This document shows positions 19,874 through 30,988 of a stretch of 64,000 nucleotides of DNA, piece by piece. How positions within the stretch are numbered: the first letter of the stretch is position 1; each line of letters opens with the position of its first letter. The translations under genes were made by a program, and so were the position numbers. This DNA comes from Candidatus Helarchaeota archaeon. GTDB lineage: Archaea; Asgardarchaeota; Lokiarchaeia; Helarchaeales; RDOG01. The stretch covers positions 279,436-343,435 of the forward strand of contig JAHPZH010000001.1 of assembly GCA_019058315.1 (NCBI GenBank), given 5' to 3'. Under the pieces are notes generated by a model. That model searched no databases and was not told the DNA's origin. It was given only the letters and a program-made list of their open reading frames with translations.

Positions 19874-20965
19874 TTATGCACCTTTCTTCTTGAAAAATCT
19901 TTCTGGAGCTTCGGGATTATAAAAACACTTCGGATCGGATGCGGTTATGTCTCCGTGATAAACATGTGCCCTTGCACGACAACCAATGCAAACGTGTCTC
20001 GACACACATGATGCACAAGGACCTTTAATATTGTATTTGAGCAAGAGTTGTTTCTTGCTTTTTTTAACGATTTCAAGGAGATTATCCTTGTATATGTTTC
20101 CCACTGCGAGGTCAGGTAGGAGCAAACAAGGAACTACATCTCCATTAGCAGTAATTGCTATGTGGCCTTGGCAGCCATATTTACCGTCAGCACTTCCTAC
20201 CATCAGCATTGATTTTCCTTCAACATCTGCTCTATGATGAAAAGCTTTTTGTATTTGAGTTAAGGTCGGCTCCCATTTCATTCCTTCATTTATAGAGAGT
20301 CCTAATGGTGTGAAAATTGGTAGCGCAACGTGTTTGGCCCCTTTAGAATAAAACCAGTTCATCAATTCGGTAATTGTCTCGCCTGTCTGAATTGTAAGGG
20401 TTGGACATCCATATATCCTATCAGGAGGAAAACCTTGGTCCAATAAACCTTGATACCCATCTATCTTGGCTTTAAGGCTATTTGGATATCTATTTACTTT
20501 ATTATATACGTCTTGATTTAAAGTGTCTATATGGATCCCAATGAAAAATTCTTGATCTCTTGATGTAGCGAGTTTTTGAGCCTTTACTAACCATTCAGCT
20601 TTGGTCTTTGGGATAAGACCTGCTAGGGGCATTAAAAGATGGAATCCTTCCTCAATTGCGTGAAATACCATCTCCTTACAATTTGGATGAATAAGCTGAT
20701 CTCCTCCATAGAGGTATAGAACTTGTATACCAATTTTTCTTAATTCAAGGATTTCCTTGAACTTTTCTAACGATAGATTGTCATTTGGGAGATAATCAAG
20801 ATCTACTGAGCTTGCGTAACAATACATGCAGCCTCCAGCACATCTCTGATTGATCTCGATATTAGTACATATTGGATTACCCTTATTATAGATTTTAACT
20901 AACTCCCTTCTCGTAAATAAGTCAATTACTGGATTTTCCCTTTTTAGTTGCCTTTTCGTAAACAT
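19874..20965 (-). CDS. Radical SAM protein with SPASM domain (PqqE/AhbC-D-like)
   Basis: CAGGCMYC; GGDQL in place of GGEP; CQG..GDVVPC..CASC....CIGCRARA..DPKC. Confidence 0.9.
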   Translation of the reverse strand: MFTKRQLKRENPVIDLFTRRELVKIYNKGNPICTNIEINQRCAGGCMYCYASSVDLDYLPNDNLSLEKFKEILELRKIGIQVLYLYGGDQLIHPNCKEMVFHAIEEGFHLLMPLAGLIPKTKAEWLVKAQKLATSRDQEFFIGIHIDTLNQDVYNKVNRYPNSLKAKIDGYQGLLDQGFPPDRIYGCPTLTIQTGETITELMNWFYSKGAKHVALPIFTPLGLSINEGMKWEPTLTQIQKAFHHRADVEGKSMLMVGSADGKYGCQGHIAITANGDVVPCLLLPDLAVGNIYKDNLLEIVKKSKKQLLLKYNIKGPCASCVSRHVCIGCRARAHVYHGDITASDPKCFYNPEAPERFFKKKGA

Positions 20966-21023
20966 GAAACCATCCTACCATTTTAGAATAAGAAATATAT
21001 TTCATAAAACTTCCATAATGCAT

Positions 21024-22700
21024 TTATGTATATCCCAATTTCAGCAAGTTTGGATATTCAACGTTTGGCAGATCGAATAATAACCCCATAATTGCTTTAC
21101 CAAGTTTCATTAAATCTCGAAGTCCAATATCTTTTAGAAATGCTTTTAATGGAAGACGAGGGGATAGATAGAAGTTGTCCCCGATGAATTTTCTTATGAA
21201 ATAGTAAAAAGATAATCCCCGAAATACCATAAATATTCCCCGTAATTTTAATACTCTCTCAATCATCTCTCTTATCAAAGGCATCTTCATCCCCATGGCG
21301 TATTTAATCCAACCATACTCTCCCCACAGCTCGAATCTTGCTTGAGAAACTGCCTCAGTCTTATTTTTTTCTTCGGTAAAAATTTTCTTGAGCTTTTTAG
21401 TTGTTTCTTTTGAAAAAGATTCTATTTTTTGAAGTCGACCATTATCAAAGTGAACTAATAACGCAGTCTCTAATTTTCCTTTTTCGTCCAGAATAAAAAA
21501 GACAATTTTAAATTGAATTCCAAACACATTAAGAAATCCAAAAATAAATAGTTCTTCCAACCACCAATTTGAAAATCTATTTAAATCATAATCAAAACCC
21601 ACTCTACGCGCAATCCATCTCATATATCTTTTAAAAAAGCTTGGTTCTGGAGAGTAAAACCAATATTTTTTATATTCTCTAATGCCAGAAAACATCATCC
21701 CCATTCCTTTATCCAATTTTCCAATATCCCAAGGAGACGGTGCTTTTAAGACTTTTACTATTAATTTTTTCAAAGCGAAACCATCTAATCCTATCGCATC
21801 TCTTGCTTTGAATTTTTTTCGAATTTTATTTGTGAATTTTTGAAGTTTAATACCCCTTTTAAATACTTTATCCGCTTTATCTTGGTTCATTTCAATATTC
21901 ATTTTTCCCGTTTTCCTTTGGTGGCGAATTTTTACAAATGTTCCCCAATTATCTGTAAGAATTGCAATACCTATACTCAAGTTTGGCAATACAGCTTTAA
22001 TCGTATTTCTTAAAAATTGAAAATCCAAATCAAACTTATTGTCGATTAGATTAAATATTTGTGGTAGTCCATATGGCGTTGGAATAAATTTAATCCAATC
22101 ATTAGAAATTACATTTTTTACTGTTTCTAAAACATTTACAATGACTTTTTCAAAATTTTGTCCTCGTTCAGATTCTTCCCATGCTTTTCTGAATTCGGAA
22201 AAAAATTGAATTCCAACAATGTTTATGATACCTAATTCAATATGTTTCAAATCCTCTTGTTTATAGACCCATTGCTGGAGATACTCAAATAATTCATCGT
22301 CTCTTCTTGCATCTATTAATTCAGCTGCTTTTTTTGCCCATTCTTCATCGATTCTATCTTTAAGCATAATAAAGTCCTTATAAACTCCGTCATCAGTTTC
22401 ATGCTCTATACTCGCCCATATTATTCTTTTACCATTTTCTCCTAAAATTATGGTGAACATAGAAGCATTCGGTATCTTTAAAATATCATATAATAAGAAA
22501 GTCACTAGATGCAAAATTGATTTCATATCTATTTCTACCCAAGGAAGGACTTCTAAAATTACTCTGCGTTCTTCTATAGGTAGTTCTCCTTTGGCTTCGC
22601 CGAGCTTTTTAAATATCTCGATCATATCTGCCCAAGGTTTTTTTACATAACGGGAACCCCATGCCAAAGTTTCCTTTTCATAATCACTTAAGTTGACCAT
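21024..22700 (-). CDS. Hypothetical protein (558 aa) translationally coupled to DUF362 gene
   Basis: Long ORF; TAAATG junction with upstream gene; no family recognised. Confidence 0.75.
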   Translation of the reverse strand: MVNLSDYEKETLAWGSRYVKKPWADMIEIFKKLGEAKGELPIEERRVILEVLPWVEIDMKSILHLVTFLLYDILKIPNASMFTIILGENGKRIIWASIEHETDDGVYKDFIMLKDRIDEEWAKKAAELIDARRDDELFEYLQQWVYKQEDLKHIELGIINIVGIQFFSEFRKAWEESERGQNFEKVIVNVLETVKNVISNDWIKFIPTPYGLPQIFNLIDNKFDLDFQFLRNTIKAVLPNLSIGIAILTDNWGTFVKIRHQRKTGKMNIEMNQDKADKVFKRGIKLQKFTNKIRKKFKARDAIGLDGFALKKLIVKVLKAPSPWDIGKLDKGMGMMFSGIREYKKYWFYSPEPSFFKRYMRWIARRVGFDYDLNRFSNWWLEELFIFGFLNVFGIQFKIVFFILDEKGKLETALLVHFDNGRLQKIESFSKETTKKLKKIFTEEKNKTEAVSQARFELWGEYGWIKYAMGMKMPLIREMIERVLKLRGIFMVFRGLSFYYFIRKFIGDNFYLSPRLPLKAFLKDIGLRDLMKLGKAIMGLLFDLPNVEYPNLLKLGYT

Positions 22701-24167
22701 TTACAATTCCTCCTTCAAGATTTTTATTTCCTTTGCCCATCGTTCACTAAATGCTGGGTCATATTCCCAACGATGTTTTGCAGGTTCACTGGCTTCAATT
22801 AATATTTTCCATTTTTCAATTAAATCGAGCATATTTGTGAGCACGTCAAGTAAAGGAATTGCACCTCTTAATCCATTTACTAATCTCTTGACTCCTTCAT
22901 AATCGATTTTAAATGGAGGACAACCCCATTGGTCTACATAAGCGGGTTCTTTTTTGAATAATCCTTTCCTATATTTTTTCTCTCGAAATTTGTAATTTTG
23001 TGTGCTACATACTGCACAATCCCCCATTACTAATACAACTGCACCTTCGGGTGGTTCTGGTGGGTTTTCACCTACTAATAAAAAAAGAGGATGCCCAATT
23101 TTATGGCTTTCAATCAAAAACTTCAACCCAAAACTCCTAAAAAGGTCAATCATAAATCTAACAGCCATAGAACAAGCACCATTGCAGACATCACCTTTTA
23201 AAACAGTCATATATGGTTCAAGATTCTTATAATCAAAATTCAAATTTGCCCTAATAACTTCAAATCGATGAGCATCGAGGATTTCACCAATTACTCTAAT
23301 TTTCGAAATGTCTCCTTGACCAATACCCCTCTCATGTGCGTCTTTTATTAACTCAATCTCGTTAAGTGGATCAAACCCCATAATATATGAAGTGCATGCA
23401 TCTACTGCCACAGGATCCGTCCCTGCGAGGATGAGATCTTTCTTCACTAGAGGTATTCTGTATCTCGGGTCTGTTTTGGGTGGTATTGGTGAAATCCAAG
23501 GTCCCTGTCCTTGAACAACATACCACATATCCATGACGACGAGATCTGGTCTTGCTCTAGTCATCATCAAATCTGTAAATTTCCACATTAACGATTTTCC
23601 TGCATCTTCCTGAACAGCATGTGATTCCCATTTATCCTCATCACATAATATTCCCTGATTGAGTTTTAATGAGAGTGTAACTTGTGTGACTGAATGAGTT
23701 TTTGCCACAGGTATCGAAATTAAAACATCACTTGTCAATAATTCTTTATGAAGCCTAATTTTTTTGAAAGTTTTACCATTTGGAACATCTACCCATTCAA
23801 AATCTTTGTTTCCATCATCCCTCAGATATAAATAACGTGCTCCCATCCGTTTAGCGAAATCATCATAATTAAGCATACGAAATGTTAGCCTTGATGAAAG
23901 GGAGAGAAAAGGCGAATCAGAAATTATAATATCAGAAGCACCCGCTTCTTTACACATTTCTACAACAGTAAATAAAACATCTCCACTAGTTGTGGAATGT
24001 TGAGTTGGGCTCATTAAATTAGGTTTAATGAATACTTTATCTCCCTTTTTTACAAATTTTTCCATTCCACCAAGCTGATTTATGGCAATACGAGTTGTTT
24101 GTCTAATTTCAGGACCAAAAGCCACGGAAACAGTTGGTGAACTACTTGATGAATTTATTTCAGTCAA
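22701..24167 (-). CDS. DUF362 domain Fe-S protein with C-terminal extension
   Basis: KVFIKPNL, PVAKTH, TLSLKLNQG, QGQGP, DPVAVD; CNGAC..GDCA..WGCPP. Confidence 0.85.
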   Translation of the reverse strand: MTEINSSSSSPTVSVAFGPEIRQTTRIAINQLGGMEKFVKKGDKVFIKPNLMSPTQHSTTSGDVLFTVVEMCKEAGASDIIISDSPFLSLSSRLTFRMLNYDDFAKRMGARYLYLRDDGNKDFEWVDVPNGKTFKKIRLHKELLTSDVLISIPVAKTHSVTQVTLSLKLNQGILCDEDKWESHAVQEDAGKSLMWKFTDLMMTRARPDLVVMDMWYVVQGQGPWISPIPPKTDPRYRIPLVKKDLILAGTDPVAVDACTSYIMGFDPLNEIELIKDAHERGIGQGDISKIRVIGEILDAHRFEVIRANLNFDYKNLEPYMTVLKGDVCNGACSMAVRFMIDLFRSFGLKFLIESHKIGHPLFLLVGENPPEPPEGAVVLVMGDCAVCSTQNYKFREKKYRKGLFKKEPAYVDQWGCPPFKIDYEGVKRLVNGLRGAIPLLDVLTNMLDLIEKWKILIEASEPAKHRWEYDPAFSERWAKEIKILKEEL

Positions 24168-24344
24168 TATTTTATCCTTTTCTTGATATTAGATAATTAT
24201 AACTAGATAATCGATATTAAATGACAAATTTTAATTGTATTATTTAAAGTGATTATGATAATTAATAATCAAGATATGTGTCTTTTTAAAAACATCAAAT
24301 ATAATGTAAGCAGAAAATTTTGGTTTTAAAAGGAGATTACCCAA

Positions 24345-26135
24345 TTGGATAATATTTCTTCTGAAGACGTAATTAATCTCGATTATTCTGATAAAAAGAG
24401 AGCTGAAATTATTCGGAAATTAAAGAGCGTTGATTTCGACATTTTAATTATAGGGGGAGGCATAACTGGTGCGGGAGTGGCTCGGGATGCTGTTTTTCGT
24501 GGTTTAAATGTAGCTTTGGTTGAAAAAGATGATTTTGCTGAAGGAACAAGTTCAAGATCCACTAAGATGTTTCATGGCGGATTGAGATATTTAAAAGATT
24601 ATGAAATGAAGTTGGTTAAGGAGTCTACTATGGAGCGTAATTGGGCAAGAGATGTAGCTTTGCCGCATAATGTAAGACCCGTTCAATTCTTAGTTCCGGT
24701 GTTTGGTGAAAGAAAAGATCCTAAAACCGGTAACACTATACCGCCCAGTAGCAATGATATGGAAACAATCAAGATAGCGTTAGATATGTATGATGGGTTA
24801 TGTAATCATCAGAATTACAAACCTTGGCAAATTATAGATGATCCAAAAAAAGTCGCTGAAATAGAACCCGAACTTAATACCACTTCTCTAATCGGTGCTG
24901 GTCTATATTATGATACTAACATGGATGATGCTCGCATAGTGGTCGAAACAATCAAAGAATGTGTTGCTTCAAGTAAATGTACAGCTTTAAATTATCTAAA
25001 AGTAATTGATTTTATTAAAAATGATAAGGGGATTATTAATGGTATCAAAGTAGTTGAAAATGATAAATTCTCGCCTGATCTAAAATCAGAACCTTTTATA
25101 ATAAAAGCAAATATAGTTGTCAATTGCACAGGTATTTGGGCCGATGAGATATTAGAAAACAAAGGAAAAGATAAGATAATCTCACCCACAAAAGGAATCC
25201 ATTTTATTGTCAAAAAGGATGATTTTAACATTAACCACGCAGTCGGTATGAGTATCATAGAAGATCATAGATTCACATTTGTAATACCCCGAGAAAATTG
25301 GATTTTAATTGGTACATCTGATACTTTTTATGACAAAGATTTTGATAGTCCCGTCGCTACAAATGATGATATTGAATATTTTAGAAATTCTGTAAAGTTT
25401 TTATTTCCTAATGCAAAAATTGATGATGCACACATCCTAGGGACTTATGCGGGGCTTCGTCCTCTAGTACGTGAGCCCGGTAAAAGTGAAAGTGATATAA
25501 GTAGAAAACATATCTGCTTGGATAGAGAAGATGGGCTTTTTTCATTACTAGGTGGTAAATATACGACTTTTAGAGCAATGGCAGAAGACTTAATGCGAAA
25601 ATACATCATACGAAGCAAAAAAGTGGATATAACTCGAGGTGGAAAAATTAATGTGCTGAAGGATAAAAAACTGACGAAAGTGCCTTATAAAATTGCACTA
25701 AAACGTAATGAATTTGAAACTAGTAATCAATATAAAGCAGCAAAAGATAAAATTCACCCAACAATCTTGAACCATCTCTTTATAGAATTTGGTAAGGGTG
25801 TTCTAAAGATAATAGATGAAATTTTAAAAGATAATGATTTGGGAAAACAATTAATTGAAGATCCCAAATATCCACCAAAATATTTCCCTTGGATAAAAGG
25901 AGAAATTAAATATATAGTAAAACATGAAATTCCTAGACATTTAAAGGATGTATTATGCCGACGCACAGAAATTTGTTGGTTAGTAGATCCTTCAAGACAA
26001 CGCAAAGTAGCTAACGCAACAGCTGATATTATGGGTGATTTATTAAACTGGGATGAGGATAAAAGACAAAAGGAGATTGAATTTTATCTAAATTATATTA
26101 AAGCAAATTCTGTTTTTTATAAAGGAGAAATCTGA
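24345..26135 (+). CDS. glpD: FAD-dependent glycerol-3-phosphate dehydrogenase/oxidase
   Basis: IIGGGITGAG, GTSSRSTKMFHGGLRYL, DDAR, AGLRPL, SRKH, GGKYTTFRAMAED. Confidence 0.9.
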   Translation: MDNISSEDVINLDYSDKKRAEIIRKLKSVDFDILIIGGGITGAGVARDAVFRGLNVALVEKDDFAEGTSSRSTKMFHGGLRYLKDYEMKLVKESTMERNWARDVALPHNVRPVQFLVPVFGERKDPKTGNTIPPSSNDMETIKIALDMYDGLCNHQNYKPWQIIDDPKKVAEIEPELNTTSLIGAGLYYDTNMDDARIVVETIKECVASSKCTALNYLKVIDFIKNDKGIINGIKVVENDKFSPDLKSEPFIIKANIVVNCTGIWADEILENKGKDKIISPTKGIHFIVKKDDFNINHAVGMSIIEDHRFTFVIPRENWILIGTSDTFYDKDFDSPVATNDDIEYFRNSVKFLFPNAKIDDAHILGTYAGLRPLVREPGKSESDISRKHICLDREDGLFSLLGGKYTTFRAMAEDLMRKYIIRSKKVDITRGGKINVLKDKKLTKVPYKIALKRNEFETSNQYKAAKDKIHPTILNHLFIEFGKGVLKIIDEILKDNDLGKQLIEDPKYPPKYFPWIKGEIKYIVKHEIPRHLKDVLCRRTEICWLVDPSRQRKVANATADIMGDLLNWDEDKRQKEIEFYLNYIKANSVFYKGEI

Positions 26136-26172
26136 TTGTGATTTTTTCTGATTAACTAAAAATTGGGGAATT

Positions 26173-27312
26173 TTGATGAGTAAAGTTCCAAATTCAAATG
26201 AAGAAAACAAATCAAACGTTAAAGAAACCGCATCAGATTGGTTTGATAAGGGAATTGAAAATTGCAAGTCTAAAGACTATAATAAAGCTTTGGAATGTTT
26301 TAAAAAAGTGATTGAGATTGATCCTAAATACGAGGATGCTTGGTTCCAATTAGGATGGGTGTACTCTGAACTTTACAATGCACAGAAACCTCCTGAGGAT
26401 CCATTTGGATTTGATGATAATCCCTTTTATGGCGAAAATGATGTTGAGCTGCTTAAAAATGCAATTGACTGCTACGAGAAAGCAGTTAGCTTAGAACCAG
26501 AAAATTGGCAAGCTTGGTATAATCTGGGAAAGAAATATCAAGATGAGCATAAAAATTACCAGAAAGCAATTGATTGTTACGAAAAAGCTCTAGAAATTTC
26601 TCCCGAATTTAGTTACGCTTGGAACAATATGGGACTTGCATATGATGATCTAGGAGATCACCAAAAGGCTGCAGAATGTTATGAAAAAGCAATTAAGTTC
26701 GATCCTAAAAATCAAATTGCTTTGGTTAATTATGCGATTAATCAACATTCTTTAAAGAACTATTTGAAATCAATGGAATGTTATGACCAAGCAATGGAGG
26801 TTGAACCCCTAGATTTTACTGCAAAGATGAGTCTACAAGCAGCAATGGAATCTATCAAATCAAAAATTAAGCCCAATCATAAAAATATAGATTTATGGAT
26901 GCAAATGGGGATCAATTATGGAAAGTTACTTATTCATAATAAAGCTATTGAATGTTTTAAACAGATAATTGAATTAGATGTACAAAATTTTGCTGCTTGG
27001 CATAACATCAGTATTACTTACCATATATTAAATGATCACCAAAAATTTCTTGATTGTTTTGAAAAGCGTGACAAATTATTAAAAGATTTAAAAAGAGTCT
27101 CGATAATCACTACTGATCAAGGACCTTTCTATCCCGATATATTTTGGTTATTAGAAAGCAGCTCTGAAATTGGGATTATCCCCCAAGAAGGGCCAGATTC
27201 GGAATTTCTTATAAAAGTACAACCTCTTCCCAGCTTCGACAATAAGGCAGTAATAATGGCAATGACGAGTTCAGAAGATAATATTTTTGTCTGCTGGGAA
27301 AAAAAGAAATGA
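26173..27312 (+). CDS. TPR protein with small C-terminal globular domain
   Basis: TPR repeats followed by TTDQGPFYPDIFWLL..LPSFDNKAVIMAM..FVCW. Confidence 0.85.
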   Translation: MMSKVPNSNEENKSNVKETASDWFDKGIENCKSKDYNKALECFKKVIEIDPKYEDAWFQLGWVYSELYNAQKPPEDPFGFDDNPFYGENDVELLKNAIDCYEKAVSLEPENWQAWYNLGKKYQDEHKNYQKAIDCYEKALEISPEFSYAWNNMGLAYDDLGDHQKAAECYEKAIKFDPKNQIALVNYAINQHSLKNYLKSMECYDQAMEVEPLDFTAKMSLQAAMESIKSKIKPNHKNIDLWMQMGINYGKLLIHNKAIECFKQIIELDVQNFAAWHNISITYHILNDHQKFLDCFEKRDKLLKDLKRVSIITTDQGPFYPDIFWLLESSSEIGIIPQEGPDSEFLIKVQPLPSFDNKAVIMAMTSSEDNIFVCWEKKK

Positions 27313-27323
27313 AATGAAAGTTA

Positions 27324-28106
27324 ATGGCACAAATAAATCTAACAATATCAATAAGTGGTAAAGGAGGGACAGGAAAAACTACTTTTACAGCATTATTATT
27401 AAAATATTTGATTCAAAATGATTTTAAAAATATCCTCGCTGTAGATGCAGATCCAGCAGTAAACCTTGGAGATGTATTGGGAATTAGGGTGATTAATAAT
27501 ACTATTGGGGAAATTGTGGATAAAACTATGGATGAAGTTGAGGATAAATCTGAAGATTATGATGCTCCTACACTTTTAGAATATAAAATTTGGGAATCAA
27601 TTATAAAAAATGAAGACCTGCATTTTGATCTATTATCAATGGGCAAAACTAGCGGAAATAAATGTTATTGTGCAGTAAATAAAGCACTAGTTGCTATGCT
27701 AGATTACTTAAAATCTTTTTATAATATCATTTTGATAGATATGGAAGCAGGACTAGAGCATTTGTCCCGTGGAACCGATAAAAATATGGATATTCTATTT
27801 ATTGTGGTTAATCCATCTCGTATGTCACTTAATACTGCAACAACAATTTCTGAAATATTGAAGGAATGTCACTTAACTTTTAAGGATGTTTACGTAATTG
27901 GAAATAAATTTCTAACAAATTCTGATAAAATTTTAGAGGATTTTTGTAAAAAAATTAATTTTAAATATGTAGGCTCAATTCCATACGATAAAGATATAGA
28001 AAAATTGAATTTTGATGGAAAATCTCTTTTAAATTTATCCGAAAATTCTAATGCTTTTAAAAAATTAGAAGAAATTCTTAATTATTATACTTTTTTAGCT
28101 AAATGA
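27324..28106 (+). CDS. cooC: CooC/AcsF nickel-insertion ATPase
   Basis: SGKGGTGKTT, DADP, CYC, DMEAGLEHLSRG. Confidence 0.88.
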   Translation: MAQINLTISISGKGGTGKTTFTALLLKYLIQNDFKNILAVDADPAVNLGDVLGIRVINNTIGEIVDKTMDEVEDKSEDYDAPTLLEYKIWESIIKNEDLHFDLLSMGKTSGNKCYCAVNKALVAMLDYLKSFYNIILIDMEAGLEHLSRGTDKNMDILFIVVNPSRMSLNTATTISEILKECHLTFKDVYVIGNKFLTNSDKILEDFCKKINFKYVGSIPYDKDIEKLNFDGKSLLNLSENSNAFKKLEEILNYYTFLAK

Positions 28107-28148
28107 TGAAGTTATTCGAGTTCACAGATTTAAAAAAGAAAAAATGGT

Positions 28149-28964
28149 TTAAAGAGTACCTAAAAAGTCTTCCAAAGCTTTATGATAGTCATCAGTTGCT
28201 TCAAATTGAATCATATGACCAATTTTAGGGGATAGCTTTACTAATTTTGAGTTGGGTATTAATTCATTCATTTTTTCTGAGTCTTGAGGGGGAATAAAAA
28301 TATCTGAAACACCGGTTAGAATTAATGTAGGAACATTAATGTTCTTCAATTTATCTACCACATCGTAATTAAGAACAATTGCATGCATAGTTTTGACTCC
28401 GATAAACTCTTCATTTTCTAAAGTTAATCTGATAAATTCTTTAACTATATCCTTATGCTCCCTTTTATATGATCTATGGAAGCAAAGATTCACGAGAATA
28501 TTTTTAACCGAATCTGGGTCTATAACTTTCATAGTTCCAGCATCAATATCCTTGATATATTGATCAAGACCTGGATTTTGTAATTTAGGTGCTGTAGACA
28601 TTAAGACTAATCCTTTAAGTCTTTTCGCCAAATTTGGAGTCGTTGCATAGGTTTGAGCTATCATACCTCCCATAGAATGACCTATTAATACAATCTTTTC
28701 ATCCCCGATTATTTGTTCAAGAGCTTCATCCAAATATTGAGCTAAATCTTGCAAATTATATTCTTCCGATTCTGGTTTATCACTTTTTCCATGTCCGAGA
28801 TGATCAATAGCAATTGCACGATACCCCTTTTTGGAAAAATGTTCAATTTGTGCTTCAAATAACCAAGTTGAACCCAAATATCCGTGAATAAATACTAAAG
28901 GTTGTCCTTTTCCCTTTTCAATATAATTTACCTTATAACCTTTTTTTATTTTTACAAATGGCAA
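28149..28964 (-). CDS. Alpha/beta hydrolase
   Basis: FIHG, DHLGHGKS, GHSMGG, GHM. Confidence 0.92.
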   Translation of the reverse strand: MPFVKIKKGYKVNYIEKGKGQPLVFIHGYLGSTWLFEAQIEHFSKKGYRAIAIDHLGHGKSDKPESEEYNLQDLAQYLDEALEQIIGDEKIVLIGHSMGGMIAQTYATTPNLAKRLKGLVLMSTAPKLQNPGLDQYIKDIDAGTMKVIDPDSVKNILVNLCFHRSYKREHKDIVKEFIRLTLENEEFIGVKTMHAIVLNYDVVDKLKNINVPTLILTGVSDIFIPPQDSEKMNELIPNSKLVKLSPKIGHMIQFEATDDYHKALEDFLGTL

Positions 28965-29076
28965 AATATCACCTTTAAAATTTTTATTTGTTAATCCTAT
29001 AAACAGATGAAATTAAAAATATTCAGTAAAATAGCTAAACATATTAAATAAAATTTGATATTAAAAGTGTTCGAAT

Positions 29077-30900
29077 TTGAATGAAAATAAAGTAGGATTA
29101 ATAAAAAACCTACGAATTAATCCGAATCTTGGTCATACTGGAGCAATATCCTCGGTAGCGGTCTCTCCTGATGGAAAGTTTATTATTAGTGGAGCATGCG
29201 ATAGAACTGTTAAAATCTGGGAATTCGAATCCGGAAAACTGCTCCGTACACTCGAAGGACATACTGATTTTGTGCACTCAGTCTCAGTTTCTCCCGACGG
29301 TAATTATATAATCTCAGGGGCTTCTGACAGCTCTATCAAAATTTGGGAGCTAAAGACAGGAAAGCTCATTCACACAATTCAAGAAGTTGATTCAATGCGG
29401 CTTCCACATTCTATGTGGTCTGTGGTTTTTTCACCTGATGGAAAATATATTATTAGTGGAACAAGTGCTTTTGAAAAGTACGTTATGATGTGGGAATTAA
29501 AAACTGGGAAGTTAGTTCATGTTTATAAAGACCATGAAGGATCAGTGGAATCTGTTGCGGTTTCACCAGATGGTAAATATATTGTTTCTGGATCTGATGA
29601 TAGAACTGTAAAAATCTGGGATTTAAAGACTGCAAAACTTATTAGAAATTTATTAGGTCATAAGTTTACTATTACTTCTGTTGCAATTTCTCCTGATGGA
29701 AAATATATTGCCAGTGGGGGTTATGATGAGACTGTTAAGGTCTGGGAAATGGAGACAGGAAAGCTTGTTTATGACCTTATAGGGCATGAATATAATATAA
29801 ATTCTCTCATATTTTCAACTAACGGAAAAATTATTAGTGCATCTGAAGGAGGGGTTATTAAAATTTGGGACATAAAAACGGGGAAGCTTATCCATACAAT
29901 TAAAGCGCATTTAGATATGGCTAGTGTTGCAGTTTCTCCCGATGGTAAATATCTTGTAAGTGGTTCCAGTGATATGACCATTAAAAAGTGGGATATTGAA
30001 ACATGGAAACCAAAGCTTACTATTGAATGTCATAGAGATAGTATATCATCAGTTGCAACATCCCATAATGGTGAATTCATAATCGCTGGTTCTAATTATG
30101 GTACAATTAAAATATGGGATAAAACCTGGAAGATAATTCATACAATCGATGCACATGAGAAATCTGTAAATTCGCTTGCAATATCGTATAATGATAAATA
30201 TTTAATTAGTGGTTCAGATGACAAAATAAAGATTTGGGATTTGAAGACAGGGAAATTAGTAAGTATATTTGGAAAGCCTAAAGATTTAGTGTTTACCGTT
30301 GCTATTTCTCCGGATGGAAAATATATTATTAGTGGTTCTAATGAACTCTGGGCGAATGAAGGCACTGTTAAGATCTGGGATTTCAAAACAGGGAAACTCA
30401 TTCGCACTCTTAAAGGTCATGATAGAATTATTCAATCTGTAACGGTTACACCTGATGGTAAACATATCATTAGTGGTTCAGAAGATAATACTATTAAAAT
30501 TTGGGATTTTAATACAGGAAAGCTTATTGACTCATTTGAAGGACATGAAGTCCATGTTAATTCAGTTTTAGTAACTCCAGATGGTAAAAATATTGTGAGC
30601 GGAGGTAGTGGAGCCCGTGTATCTAAAGTAAAGATTTGGGATTTTTCTACAAGAAAACTTGTTCGAATGCTTGAAGGTCATAAACATATTATTTTTTCAT
30701 TGGATATTTCTTCTGATGGAAAATATATTGCAAGTGGGTCTTATGATAGCACAGTTAGGGTTTGGAGCTTCGATGGAAAACAACAATTCGGTCCCTTTTA
30801 CCATGCAGGATTCATCAATTCAGTTGCTATAATTCCCGGAACAAATTTAGTAGTTGCCGGGGATGATCATGGTGATATAAAAATTTGGAAATTCGCATGA
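29077..30900 (+). CDS. WD40 repeat protein (about 14 blades, double propeller)
   Basis: Repeated GH..V.SVAVSPDGKYIISGS.D.TVKIWD units. Confidence 0.95.
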   Translation: MNENKVGLIKNLRINPNLGHTGAISSVAVSPDGKFIISGACDRTVKIWEFESGKLLRTLEGHTDFVHSVSVSPDGNYIISGASDSSIKIWELKTGKLIHTIQEVDSMRLPHSMWSVVFSPDGKYIISGTSAFEKYVMMWELKTGKLVHVYKDHEGSVESVAVSPDGKYIVSGSDDRTVKIWDLKTAKLIRNLLGHKFTITSVAISPDGKYIASGGYDETVKVWEMETGKLVYDLIGHEYNINSLIFSTNGKIISASEGGVIKIWDIKTGKLIHTIKAHLDMASVAVSPDGKYLVSGSSDMTIKKWDIETWKPKLTIECHRDSISSVATSHNGEFIIAGSNYGTIKIWDKTWKIIHTIDAHEKSVNSLAISYNDKYLISGSDDKIKIWDLKTGKLVSIFGKPKDLVFTVAISPDGKYIISGSNELWANEGTVKIWDFKTGKLIRTLKGHDRIIQSVTVTPDGKHIISGSEDNTIKIWDFNTGKLIDSFEGHEVHVNSVLVTPDGKNIVSGGSGARVSKVKIWDFSTRKLVRMLEGHKHIIFSLDISSDGKYIASGSYDSTVRVWSFDGKQQFGPFYHAGFINSVAIIPGTNLVVAGDDHGDIKIWKFA

Positions 30901-30988
30901 ATTTAAGTTCTTAAATTACGGATATTATACAAAAATTTAATTAAAGTGCGTTAATATTTTTAATAATCTAAAAAAAACTAAGGCAATC

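Noticed and set aside
22698-22703. In-frame stop between DUF362 and the 558-aa ORF as readthrough or selenocysteine
   Set aside because: The stop is TAA directly followed by ATG with a ggagg SD in the upstream gene, typical translational coupling.
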